DNA of 64,000 bases from a virus. The stretch lies in the IMG/VR virus record IMGVR_UViG_3300042399_002267. One strand, written 5' to 3'. Both the position numbers and the translations under genes were made by a program. The first letter of the stretch is position 1. Each line of letters starts with the position of its first letter. Below, piece after piece: positions 20,765-30,324 of this stretch. The notes beneath the pieces are model-generated. The model was not told where the DNA came from, made no database searches, and saw only the letters and a program-made list of their open reading frames with translations.

Positions 20765-21202
20765 TTCTTCTTTATATTTTGAAACATAATCAGAACATAT
20801 AGCATAGCATTTGGATAAATCTCCCAAATATTTAACTTCTGGCATAACTGCTATAGACCCAGGTATAAGTTGTTTCCCAGGAAATACCCATATATTTAAT
20901 CTTGAAGTCAATGTGCAATAATCAGTTTCATGCCAAAAATATTCAGAAGATAAATTTGATTTTGACATAAATTCCAAAGCCTCAATGTTTTTACAATGAA
21001 CAAAAAATTTATCATTGTCTAGAAATGATTTACCTATCTTGTAATCAGGTTTATCATGACCTAAATATAATCCATCAATAGTTTTCCACAAATCAATTTC
21101 AGCATGAAATCCTAAATCTAGAGCACTTTTGATATATTCAGGGTGATTTTCCTTAGACAGGTTTATTCCTTCAGTATTTCCTCTATGCGCGATAAATATC
21201 AT
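20750..21202 (-). CDS. glycerophosphodiester phosphodiesterase-like (PI-PLC-like) small protein
   Basis: MIFIAHRGN…ENHP…EIDLW…LYLGHD. Minus strand (CAT at 21200-21202). Confidence 0.75.
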   Translation of the reverse strand: MIFIAHRGNTEGINLSKENHPEYIKSALDLGFHAEIDLWKTIDGLYLGHDKPDYKIGKSFLDNDKFFVHCKNIEALEFMSKSNLSSEYFWHETDYCTLTSRLNIWVFPGKQLIPGSIAVMPEVKYLGDLSKCYAICSDYVSKYKEELKLF

Positions 21203-22557
21203 ACATTTTTTTCTAAGAAATAATTTAGATCTTCAGGAGTACCAAGTCCCCACATTTTCGGTATATCAAATGTTTTAATTTTCAAACCAGCTTTTATTGC
21301 TTCATTGAAAACTGGACAAACATAGAATTCTTTATTAACTCTGATATTATTTTCAATCATTTGTTCTGCAAAACGGACATAATCAGAACCATGTTTCCAG
21401 TAATATATACCTACAGTTGCAATATTTGAAATCGGGTTCTTTTCTGCAACTTCTGTTACAAATCCATTTTCGTCTGTTTTAGCATATGACCACTTTGGGT
21501 GAGTAGAATGAAAAGAAACAATACCAGCATCTAAATTTTGCTCATTCATTTTGTAAAAGAAATCTAAACTATTCCATTCAACAAATTGATCTGAATTAGC
21601 TATGACTAATGGTTCATTATTATTAATAAATTCTTTAGCTAGTAAAGTAGTACATGCTGCTCCTTCAGTAACACCTTCAACTTCAACAATTTTGCATCCT
21701 GGAGTAATAAGATTTAACATTGAATCAAGATTGTATTTTTCTCTATGTTCTTTTTGAACAACAAAAATGAAGTTTGCTTCTACAGCCAAATTATCTACAA
21801 CTACTTGTATCATTGGCTTACCATGAACTTCTATTAAAGGTTTAGGAAAAGAATATCCAGCCTGAGAAAATCTACTCCCATGACCTGCCATAGGTATTAA
21901 TACATTCATTTTTTTGTCTACCCATTTTTCTATAGTTTGTTTTTTATGATTGAAAGCTTCTATAATTTTATCAAAATCAAAATCTTTAGGATTTTTTACT
22001 CTAAGAACATTAGCTCCTGATTTGTACGCTGCTTTAAGCCCAGTAGGTGAATCTTCAATAATCAATGTATTTTCTGGTAGTGCACCAAAATATGACATTG
22101 CATTCCAATAAATTTCAGGATGCGGTTTTGCAAATTTTACATCATCATTAGATAGTTTCATATCAAAATACTCTGATATACCTAGCTTTTCTAAAACTAA
22201 ATCTACTGTATTTTTAATAGAGTTTGAACAACATGCAATTTTGAAATCGTTATTTTTAAGATTATTGAAAATTTCAATAAGTTTTTTGTTAGGTTTTAGG
22301 TTTGACAAAGATTCTATTGTGAAAAATTGTTTATCTTTGAATATTTGTGCTTGAATATCATTGTCAAATGGCATGCCTCTAAGATAAAGTAATTTCAACT
22401 TATCATAGGTTTTCATTCCATCAAAAGTTCTTAGATGGTCTTCCCAAGAAATGACATATTTAGGATTTATTTTTTTTAATGCTTCATTTAGAGCATTGTA
22501 ATGAATTTCTTTAGCTTCTACAAGAACTCCATCCAAATCAAAAATAACTAATTTCAT
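21199..22557 (-). CDS. HAD phosphatase fused to a sugar-phosphate nucleotidyltransferase
   Basis: N-terminal DLDGVLV, KPHPEIY and IIEDSPTG (HAD). C-terminal LIPMAGHGSRF…PKPLI (NTP_transferase). Confidence 0.85.
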   Translation of the reverse strand: MKLVIFDLDGVLVEAKEIHYNALNEALKKINPKYVISWEDHLRTFDGMKTYDKLKLLYLRGMPFDNDIQAQIFKDKQFFTIESLSNLKPNKKLIEIFNNLKNNDFKIACCSNSIKNTVDLVLEKLGISEYFDMKLSNDDVKFAKPHPEIYWNAMSYFGALPENTLIIEDSPTGLKAAYKSGANVLRVKNPKDFDFDKIIEAFNHKKQTIEKWVDKKMNVLIPMAGHGSRFSQAGYSFPKPLIEVHGKPMIQVVVDNLAVEANFIFVVQKEHREKYNLDSMLNLITPGCKIVEVEGVTEGAACTTLLAKEFINNNEPLVIANSDQFVEWNSLDFFYKMNEQNLDAGIVSFHSTHPKWSYAKTDENGFVTEVAEKNPISNIATVGIYYWKHGSDYVRFAEQMIENNIRVNKEFYVCPVFNEAIKAGLKIKTFDIPKMWGLGTPEDLNYFLEKNV

Positions 22558-22573
22558 ATTTATCTCTTATAAA

Positions 22574-23389
22574 TTATACAATCATATTGTCATATACTTT
22601 TTGTATTGAATCATGAAGATTAGAAACCTTTATGTTTAAACTTTTTATAGTTCTAAAACTACCACAGTAACTTAAGCCCATATTTTTATCATAAAGTAAA
22701 ATTTTGGATTTTTTATCAGATAAATTATTGATAAAATTTGCTACATCAGTTAACGTATGTTTTTTTTCATAACAACAGTCTATAACTTTAGGCAAATTTG
22801 ATTTAGATAAATAAAATTCAATAACTTTAGCAAGATCATCAATATGAAAAAAATCCATGTATTTATTTTGATGTATCTCTATATCGTCGCCAGACAAGTA
22901 TTTAAGAATATTTCCACGAATCATTCTGGTGGTTAACTCATTTTCATTGAAAACATTATAAATTCTCAAGTTGTAAAATTTACTATGATAGAAGAAAGAT
23001 TTCGCAATCATACTTTTACTTAATCCATAAGGATCAGTGGGAAATCTTTGAAATAAATCATCACCATTTATATTTTGTGTTCTATCAAGTTCAGCTCCTG
23101 AACCAAAATGAATAATCTTTTTAAATTTATTTTCATTTTTAAGGAGATTATTTACCATTAAACAATTTTCATATACCCAGTTGCTATCATCTTGTTGTAA
23201 TCTATTACCGCCTGAAGTTGCACAGTTGATAACTAAATCAAAATTTTTGTCATTGAAGAAATTTTCTAAATTTGCTAAATTCATAAGGTCCAAATTATCT
23301 CTTGTACCCAAAAATAAATTGTAGTCACCTAGACATTTTGCTAAATTTCTGCCAACAAAACCATTACTTCCAGTTATCAATATATTCAT
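22574..23389 (-). CDS. NAD-dependent epimerase/dehydratase (extended SDR)
   Basis: ILITGSNGFVG, YGLSK (YxxxK), NLRIYNVF. Confidence 0.85.
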   Translation of the reverse strand: MNILITGSNGFVGRNLAKCLGDYNLFLGTRDNLDLMNLANLENFFNDKNFDLVINCATSGGNRLQQDDSNWVYENCLMVNNLLKNENKFKKIIHFGSGAELDRTQNINGDDLFQRFPTDPYGLSKSMIAKSFFYHSKFYNLRIYNVFNENELTTRMIRGNILKYLSGDDIEIHQNKYMDFFHIDDLAKVIEFYLSKSNLPKVIDCCYEKKHTLTDVANFINNLSDKKSKILLYDKNMGLSYCGSFRTIKSLNIKVSNLHDSIQKVYDNMIV

Positions 23390-23394
23390 TTTAA

Positions 23395-24219
23395 TTAGTT
23401 AAGCTTTTCTTTCCAAAAACTTACAAAATCATGCACTGTTTTCAAAGAATCATTTTGAATTGACTCCAAGTGCGGTTTGACCAAAGGCAATGTTTCTATA
23501 GCTCTTTCTGTGTCTTCACCACCATATGAAACACCATATTTGTTGATAGAGTATGCATTTAGCCAGTCTTCTTTTGACAAATTGTAATCTGGTACTACAA
23601 TAGAAAAACATCCACATAATGCTGCTCTTACTGAACAAAAACTAGATGCATCATAACTTAAAAATATATTTGATTGATTCATTGCCCATTTAAGAATATT
23701 TTCATCATTGTATTCTTTTTCAATATCATCGTAAACAAAAATATTTTTTAATTTAGAATGCCAATTTGATGAAACTTTATGAGCACCTTTTCTAACCAAA
23801 ACTGTATTGTAATTTCTAATGTCTTTATTTTCATTAGTCCAGAAATCTAATGCAAAATCATTAATCCTCAATATTCCATCGCATTTATTGAACTCTGAGC
23901 CATAGTATGGATAATATTTGAAGATATAATCATTCTTATTGGGATAAGAAATTGTTTGATGAAAAAGCAACCATCTAACTACATGTTTAGCATTCAAAGG
24001 ATTATCAGTGATACATTCTGGATATATTACAACAGTATTTTCAGAATCGAAACCTTCTTCTTCATTGTAATGCGGAGTGATATAGTTGGGGTTTGTTTTA
24101 TTTTCAGATACAATGCAGGCATCTTCCCCTATACGATTTAAGTAGTCACAGAGCTTATGCATAACACGTACTCCGCCCACATGTTTTTGCCATTTCCATG
24201 TCCAAATAATAAATTTCAT
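23395..24219 (-). CDS. glycosyltransferase-like protein, paralog B
   Basis: GGVRVMHKLC…VIYPE…NPLNAKHVVRWLL…AALCGC, a GT-B-like phage/LPS family. Paralog of 25323-26141. Confidence 0.55.
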   Translation of the reverse strand: MKFIIWTWKWQKHVGGVRVMHKLCDYLNRIGEDACIVSENKTNPNYITPHYNEEEGFDSENTVVIYPECITDNPLNAKHVVRWLLFHQTISYPNKNDYIFKYYPYYGSEFNKCDGILRINDFALDFWTNENKDIRNYNTVLVRKGAHKVSSNWHSKLKNIFVYDDIEKEYNDENILKWAMNQSNIFLSYDASSFCSVRAALCGCFSIVVPDYNLSKEDWLNAYSINKYGVSYGGEDTERAIETLPLVKPHLESIQNDSLKTVHDFVSFWKEKLN

Positions 24220-24226
24220 TTTATTC

Positions 24227-24703
24227 CTACTTTTTTAAGTTTATATACGCTGGAACATTTCTGTCTAAAATGTTTTCTATAGCAATTTCAAGATGCTTGT
24301 TGTCAGATGGCTTAAAGCATTTAATGTTTTTAAAATTTTCCATAAATAAAAAATCATCATTTGCCCAATGAGAAAATCCTAAATATCCATAATCTTGATC
24401 TCTTCCGCCACCAATTATGACTACAGGAGTTTTTTCATGATCTATGTAATTTCTTATTACTTCAAAAGGTCTAAAAATAGCAAAAGGTGTTATAGAATAG
24501 ACAAATGGTTTTTTATTTTCAAGAGCCATACCACATGCAGCTCCCATCATCAATATTTCTGATGATCCAAAATTATAAAATTGATCTGGGAAGTGTAGTC
24601 TTATATCGTCAAAAATTCCATAACCAAGATCTCCAGTGCAAAGAACTATATTTGGATCTTCTTTCATTTTATTAAATAATAAATTCGCAAAATATTTTCT
24701 CAT
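24227..24703 (-). CDS. transketolase-like ThDP enzyme, pyrimidine-binding subunit (short)
   Basis: TGDLGYG, NFGSSEILMMGAACGMA, GFSHWA. Lacks the C-terminal domain. Confidence 0.8.
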   Translation of the reverse strand: MRKYFANLLFNKMKEDPNIVLCTGDLGYGIFDDIRLHFPDQFYNFGSSEILMMGAACGMALENKKPFVYSITPFAIFRPFEVIRNYIDHEKTPVVIIGGGRDQDYGYLGFSHWANDDFLFMENFKNIKCFKPSDNKHLEIAIENILDRNVPAYINLKK

Positions 24704-25344
24704 TTTTCTACACTATTGTAATCTTTTTCTGTCATTATATGATAATGAGCATTCAATCCCTTTAGAAATGGGTATTGTTCTACAGATGTATATTCAATGT
24801 TTATATTTGGCAAGAAACACTTCAATCTGCTAACTAAATAATCTACATCTACTTCATCATATGCAGCATAACCATTAACATTTACGTACACATGAATATT
24901 AGAAATTTTTAATTCATAAATTGTTTTAAGTGATTCCCAAATACTACCTTCTGCACATTCTCCATCGCTAATTAGAACATATACATCTCTATTTTTATTA
25001 GCTAATGCTCTACCAACTGCAACTGTTATACCAAGCCCAAGACTACCAGTAGAACAATAAATTTCATTTTGTTCATCTAGATGTGGATGCCCACCATTTT
25101 CTTCAAACAAAAATTCAGCATCAATATTTTTGTATTTTTCTATACAGACATAAAGTGCCAAAGAAGCATGTCCTGATGAAAGAATAAAAATATCATCAGG
25201 TTTCATAATAGAATAAATTTTGTCAATGATTTCTAAACTTGAAAGATAACTTCCAAGATGACTCAATCTATTCTTGTATGCTATTTCTAAAATTCTAAGT
25301 TTTAACTTTTCTGAATCTTGAATCAAATTATTTTTTCTTCCCAA
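24700..25344 (-). CDS. transketolase-like ThDP enzyme, N-terminal (PP) subunit
   Basis: SHLGSYLS, FILSSGH, STGSLGLG and the ThDP motif SDGE…NVN. Confidence 0.85.
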   Translation of the reverse strand: MGRKNNLIQDSEKLKLRILEIAYKNRLSHLGSYLSSLEIIDKIYSIMKPDDIFILSSGHASLALYVCIEKYKNIDAEFLFEENGGHPHLDEQNEIYCSTGSLGLGITVAVGRALANKNRDVYVLISDGECAEGSIWESLKTIYELKISNIHVYVNVNGYAAYDEVDVDYLVSRLKCFLPNINIEYTSVEQYPFLKGLNAHYHIMTEKDYNSVEK

Positions 25345-26141
25345 AATTTAACAAATTTATGCACTGTATCTAAAGCATTTTCTTCTAATTGTTTCAAATG
25401 TGGTTTGACCAAATGTCGTGTATCAATTGCATGTTGAATATCTTCATACCCATACGCCACACCGTACTTGAGAAATTTACGATCATTTATCCATTTTTCT
25501 TTAGAAACACCCCCGTCTGGAATAACTACAGATACACATCCACATAATGCAGCTTGAGCTGCTATAAAAGAACATGAATCAAAACAAATAAAATTTTCAG
25601 ATTTATTCATCAAATTTTTAATTATTGTTTCATTTTGCTCTTCTTCTATCTCATCATATACTAATATATTTCTTAATCCATCATGATATGAAGGGTGATA
25701 TTTTCTGTGTCCTTTTCTCACCGCTACCATATTATAAGATCTATCTTGATTTTCATTTGTCCAAAAGTCAAGATTAAAATCATGAATTGTCAAAATACCA
25801 TCACATTTATCGCCTTTTGTTAAATAAGATTCAAAATATTTAAATATGTAATCATCTTCGCCATAATTTGCAGTGATGTCTTGATTAAAAAGAATCCATC
25901 TAACTACATGTTTAGCATCCAATAGATTTTTATCTATACATTCAGGATATATTACTACAGTGTTGTCCTTATCAAAACTTAATTCCGGGTCATGATACGG
26001 AGTATTTAAATTTGGATTTGTTTTCTTCGTTGTAATATAAGCTTCTTGACCAATTTCATTTAAGTAATGACAAAGATTATGCAAAACTCTTACACCACCA
26101 ACATGCTTACTCCAACCCCATGTCCAAATAATAAATTTCAT
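25323..26141 (-). CDS. glycosyltransferase-like protein, paralog A
   Basis: Aligns end to end with 23395-24219 (MKFIIWTW…GGVRV…VIYPECI…HVVRW…AALCGC). Confidence 0.55.
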   Translation of the reverse strand: MKFIIWTWGWSKHVGGVRVLHNLCHYLNEIGQEAYITTKKTNPNLNTPYHDPELSFDKDNTVVIYPECIDKNLLDAKHVVRWILFNQDITANYGEDDYIFKYFESYLTKGDKCDGILTIHDFNLDFWTNENQDRSYNMVAVRKGHRKYHPSYHDGLRNILVYDEIEEEQNETIIKNLMNKSENFICFDSCSFIAAQAALCGCVSVVIPDGGVSKEKWINDRKFLKYGVAYGYEDIQHAIDTRHLVKPHLKQLEENALDTVHKFVKFWEEKII

Positions 26142-26678
26142 TTATTTTTCCTTAGCAAAGTCTGCAAATTCAACCAGAATAGTATTTACACCATCTTCTC
26201 TTAATAAAGCTTTTTCGTATGCTGGTAAAATTTGCTCAGGCTTATATAACTCAATAACTTCAATATTTTTAGTCATTGATCTGAATGCATCAGAAAAATT
26301 ACCTTTGTGTTGAGATTGTGGATCAACAGGTCTTTCACTTCCCACAGCAACTCTTATTATGACTTTTGGAGATAATTTTCCATCTGACATTTCAATAAAT
26401 TTATCCAAATGATTTACTATTTGATCTACTCCCATTAGAAGAAAATTCCATCTTGGAAAAATAGAAACTGGTATCATTCCAGCTATAGCCATTCCATTAG
26501 CTAAACCAGATTGGAAATATTCAGCAACAGGCAACTCTATTCTTTTTTCTTCAGGAATGTGCTTTAAGGAATCATACAACCCTGTTCCTTCATACAATAC
26601 TGCTTGCCCTAAAAAAACAGTTTTTGGATTGTCTGATAATAAGCTCATTGCTTTCTGCAATTCTTCAAAATATGACAT
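26142..26678 (-). CDS. 2-oxoacid dehydrogenase E1-beta-like ThDP subunit (short)
   Basis: FLGQAV, ELPVAE…GLANGMA, PKVIIR, PQSQH. Lacks the C-terminal domain. Confidence 0.8.
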   Translation of the reverse strand: MSYFEELQKAMSLLSDNPKTVFLGQAVLYEGTGLYDSLKHIPEEKRIELPVAEYFQSGLANGMAIAGMIPVSIFPRWNFLLMGVDQIVNHLDKFIEMSDGKLSPKVIIRVAVGSERPVDPQSQHKGNFSDAFRSMTKNIEVIELYKPEQILPAYEKALLREDGVNTILVEFADFAKEK

Positions 26679-27304
26679 TAAAATTGCACTCTCATACCTG
26701 CTCCAGCATGTGGGTATTTTGTATTATTGTATTGATAATAAATAAGATTTTTTTGTCTTAAAATTCCACCATTGTATTCACTTTGAAGATAATAGGGAGT
26801 TGATCTTCCCCAAATCTTATCAGTTGGAGAACAGACTGATTTTTTGTTATCTTCTACTATAAAAGTTATTGGTAAGTTATGATTCAAACTGTATTTGTAT
26901 GCTTCGTGAAAAGCTCCAGTTTCTGCTGTCATATCTCCCACCCAACACCAGACATGTTGTGCATTTCCAAGAAGTTTGTTTGCAAATGCTATTCCTGTTG
27001 CAATTGAAGGTATACCACCTACTATTGAACTGCAAATAAATTTATATTCTGGAAGAGTCAAAACCATAGATTTACCATTAATAATATTATCTTTTAAAAT
27101 ATCTGATGGTATACCCTTAAGTAATGCTTGATAATGATTTCTCCAAGTGCAACATACCCAATCATTTTCTTTATCTATTTTTTTAAATATTTCAATCATT
27201 AAATCTTCATTTCCGTAATACAAATGAATTGGTGACTTAATTTTTTTATTATTAAAAAGATCAGCTATTTCAGACTCAAATTCAATTAATTCGTCTTTTA
27301 CCAT
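26678..27304 (-). CDS. 2-oxoacid dehydrogenase E1-alpha-like ThDP subunit (short)
   Basis: PIHLYYGNE, TWRNH, SSIVGG and the ThDP motif GDM…EDN. Confidence 0.8.
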   Translation of the reverse strand: MVKDELIEFESEIADLFNNKKIKSPIHLYYGNEDLMIEIFKKIDKENDWVCCTWRNHYQALLKGIPSDILKDNIINGKSMVLTLPEYKFICSSIVGGIPSIATGIAFANKLLGNAQHVWCWVGDMTAETGAFHEAYKYSLNHNLPITFIVEDNKKSVCSPTDKIWGRSTPYYLQSEYNGGILRQKNLIYYQYNNTKYPHAGAGMRVQF

Positions 27305-28254
27305 ATAAATTTACCTTTGTAATATTTAGCTATTTCTGCTATTTCATTTTCAAAAATAGCTTCTTCTTTCCAACCTAAAGACCTCAATTTCGAATCGTCT
27401 AATGAATATCTAAAATCTTGACCTGGTCTTTGGTAACTAAAGTCATAAAAATGATCTTTGTTTTGTGTATTGGGAAAATAAATATCTACAATTTTGTTAC
27501 ACACTTCAATATTTGTAAGCTCAAATTGACTTGAGACATTGAATATTTCATTTTTTGAGTCTGATTTAATAATTTTAATTACAGCATTCGCTGTGTCTTT
27601 TGCATGTAACCATGTTCTATGAGATAATCCCTTATTGTGCAAAGGCAATTTTTTTCCAAGCTGTAAAAATTTACAACATTTTGGAATTAGTTTCTCAACA
27701 TATTGACCCAAACCATAGTTGTTTGTTGGTCTAAGAATGACATAAGGAATATTGTATGTTCTAGCCCATGCAAGAATTAACATATCAGCACTAGCTTTTG
27801 TAGCTGAATATGGATTAGAAGGCATTAATAAATGATCTTCTGAATGTGATCCACTTTCAATATCACCATAAACTTCATCTGTGCTGAAATGAAAGAATGT
27901 AGGTAGTTTATTAGTATCAATATTTGATCTTCTGATTAGATTTAAGATATTAGATACTCCTAGAATGTTTGTTGATAAAAACTCATCATTTCTTGCAATT
28001 GAATTTCCAACATGTGTTTCAGCAGCAGTGTTAATAAAATAATCACAATCAAACATCCTATCAAGATCACAAATATCTGTTTTTTCAAATCTAAAATTTT
28101 CATATAAATTGAATTTTTCTAAATTTGAAATATTTGCTGCATATGTGCATTTATCTAATCCAAATACATACCATCCATTGTCTAAACAGGCTTGAGTTAC
28201 ATATGCACCAATAAAACCTAAACATCCTGTGACATAAACAACTTTTTTACTCAT
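27298..28254 (-). CDS. rfbB: dTDP-glucose 4,6-dehydratase-like
   Basis: VTGCLGFIG, DKCTYAAN, AAETHV, STDEVYG, PYSATKAS, NNYG, RPGQDFRYSLD. Confidence 0.8.
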   Translation of the reverse strand: MSKKVVYVTGCLGFIGAYVTQACLDNGWYVFGLDKCTYAANISNLEKFNLYENFRFEKTDICDLDRMFDCDYFINTAAETHVGNSIARNDEFLSTNILGVSNILNLIRRSNIDTNKLPTFFHFSTDEVYGDIESGSHSEDHLLMPSNPYSATKASADMLILAWARTYNIPYVILRPTNNYGLGQYVEKLIPKCCKFLQLGKKLPLHNKGLSHRTWLHAKDTANAVIKIIKSDSKNEIFNVSSQFELTNIEVCNKIVDIYFPNTQNKDHFYDFSYQRPGQDFRYSLDDSKLRSLGWKEEAIFENEIAEIAKYYKGKFIW

Positions 28255-29566
28255 GGTAATTCCTCATAAAACTATCAACCATTTCTTTGATATAAGATAT
28301 CTGTTCTTCAGTAATTACTGGAGAAGTACCTAAAAAGAATGTGTTGGTGGTAATAAAATTAGCCATTGGGAAATCTTTTAATTGAAGATCCCCAATTAAA
28401 TGAGAATACGCAGGCTGCACCAAGATATTCCCAGCAAAATATGGTCTTGTTTGTATTTTTTTTGACTCTAAGTATTGACACATATCACTTCGCTTAAATG
28501 GAGAGTTTTCTCTAATAGTCAATGGAAATGCAAACCAATTTACATCTGCTTTTAATTGTGGTCTAGGTAAATGAAAATATTCTTCGTATGGACTAAATAT
28601 ATCAAATAAAAGTTGATAGTTTCTTTTTCGTAATCTTGAAATTTCATCAAATTTATCAAGTTGAGCCAAGAGCATAGATGCCTGTACTTCAATAGGCTTA
28701 AGATTATAGCCTACTTCTTCATATACATATTTGTGGTCAAAAACTTCACCAGGTATACTCGGTAGCCATTCTGAAAATCTAGTACCACATGCTCCGCATT
28801 CAGTAATGTTTTGTTTACCAATACAAAAACATCCTCGACCCCAATCTCTAATTGAACGAATCACTTTTTCCACTTGCTCGTTGTTACAAGTTATTAATCC
28901 GCCTTCTCCACAAGTAATATGATGAGCAGGATAAAAAGAGCAAGAAGACATAAGACCGAAACTACCCAAAGGGTTACCGTCGAATGTGGACCCCAATGCA
29001 TCACAGCAATCCTCTAATAAAATTAAATCATGTTCTCTGACTAGACTCATCAATTTATCTATGTCTGGCGGATTACCAAGCACATGTGCAAAAGTGATTA
29101 TTTGTATGTCAGGATCTTTTTCTAAAGCTTCTTGCACAGATTTTAAATCTAAATTTAGACCGTCAATCTCGATGTCAACAAAAACAGGAGTAAATCCACA
29201 TTGAAAAATTGGATTTATAGTGGTTGGAAATCCAGCAATTGGAGTTAATACTTTTGTACCAGCTGGAAAATTTGTAAGTCTTTTTGACTTGAGTGCAGAC
29301 ATCATAAGAAGATTGCTGCTACTACCAGAATTAGTTAAGAGAGCATATTTTTTTTGAAACATGCTGGCTAGTTTTTTCTCAGCTTTGTGTGCTTCTGCTC
29401 CTAAAACTAGCCAGCCATCAAGCAAAGTAGATATAGATCTTAAAATTTCATCTTGATTGAAAAAAGGACCAGCATAATGGACATGATCCTTACCTGGTCG
29501 CCATTTTTTAGCTGGCTCTGAAATTATATAATCTTCTATTACTTTTAATAAATCTTGCTTTTCCAT
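28247..29566 (-). CDS. rfbH: CDP-4-keto-6-deoxyglucose 3-dehydrase (RfbH/DdhC, E1)
   Basis: NSGSSSNLL, EDCCDALG, SFYPAHHIT (His in place of the aminotransferase Lys), WGRGCFC…C iron-sulfur Cys, HKYVY…GYNLK. Start placed at ATG 29566. Confidence 0.85.
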   Translation of the reverse strand: MEKQDLLKVIEDYIISEPAKKWRPGKDHVHYAGPFFNQDEILRSISTLLDGWLVLGAEAHKAEKKLASMFQKKYALLTNSGSSSNLLMMSALKSKRLTNFPAGTKVLTPIAGFPTTINPIFQCGFTPVFVDIEIDGLNLDLKSVQEALEKDPDIQIITFAHVLGNPPDIDKLMSLVREHDLILLEDCCDALGSTFDGNPLGSFGLMSSCSFYPAHHITCGEGGLITCNNEQVEKVIRSIRDWGRGCFCIGKQNITECGACGTRFSEWLPSIPGEVFDHKYVYEEVGYNLKPIEVQASMLLAQLDKFDEISRLRKRNYQLLFDIFSPYEEYFHLPRPQLKADVNWFAFPLTIRENSPFKRSDMCQYLESKKIQTRPYFAGNILVQPAYSHLIGDLQLKDFPMANFITTNTFFLGTSPVITEEQISYIKEMVDSFMRNYHE

Positions 29567-29573
29567 TAAATGC

Positions 29574-29603
29574 ATTATACATTCAATGCATTTTATCTGT
29601 CAA
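29574..29603 (-). promoter_or_regulatory. sigma70-type promoter TTGACA-N18-TATAAT, probably leaderless, overlapped by an inverted repeat
   Basis: Both hexamers are perfect. The -10 ends 7 nt before ATG 29566. Confidence 0.7.
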
Positions 29604-30324
29604 TAAGATCAGAAAGATCCTCAGACAATAATAGATTTTTCTTATAAATTTCCATCTGTTCATCATATTTGATGAAGTGCTGTTTTCCAAAACCATGAGC
29701 AATATCTGATCTAGAAACTTTTGAGGCTATTTGTAGCTTGCGCTTAATTAGTTCATGTGTCATTGGGGAAAATCCATACCATAAGATATCAAATTCTTCA
29801 TTATCGTGATTATGAAGATGCCTTCCTTGAGCAAAAGGTGCAAAATAATTACTAAATCCTCTACACCATCGATAACATTTATCCCAAACACCTTCCTCAT
29901 ATCTAATTCCAAATCGTTTAATGTCAGTAAGTTGATCATCGTGCGAAAGTTTTTGGTCTAAATCTTGAACATCATCTACCATAATATTGGATCTCAAACT
30001 TAACATAGTTTTTGGACCATAGTTGTCAAGTTTGGTAAAATCACCAACTATAAACTCTGTTGTGTTTAAAGTTATGCGCCAACCTTCTTCAATCAACATG
30101 TATGAAATTTTATTATTCTCTTGTTCCAGCATTATAGAATCAAATTCTCTTAATCCAGTTTTGACAATTGTCCAATTTGGAGCATAATGTCTAATTATAT
30201 CTATAGAATTGTCTGTTGAATTATGATCTATTAAAATTCCATGATCAAAATATTTTTGATGATGCTTAATCCACCAAGGCAATAAATATTCTTCATTGTA
30301 AAAATGGGTCATTACTGTTTTCAT
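29593..30324 (-). CDS. glycosyltransferase family 2-like protein
   Basis: THFYNEEYLLPWWIKHH…IDHNSTDNS, a GT2_4-like N-terminus. Confidence 0.75.
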   Translation of the reverse strand: MKTVMTHFYNEEYLLPWWIKHHQKYFDHGILIDHNSTDNSIDIIRHYAPNWTIVKTGLREFDSIMLEQENNKISYMLIEEGWRITLNTTEFIVGDFTKLDNYGPKTMLSLRSNIMVDDVQDLDQKLSHDDQLTDIKRFGIRYEEGVWDKCYRWCRGFSNYFAPFAQGRHLHNHDNEEFDILWYGFSPMTHELIKRKLQIASKVSRSDIAHGFGKQHFIKYDEQMEIYKKNLLLSEDLSDLIDR

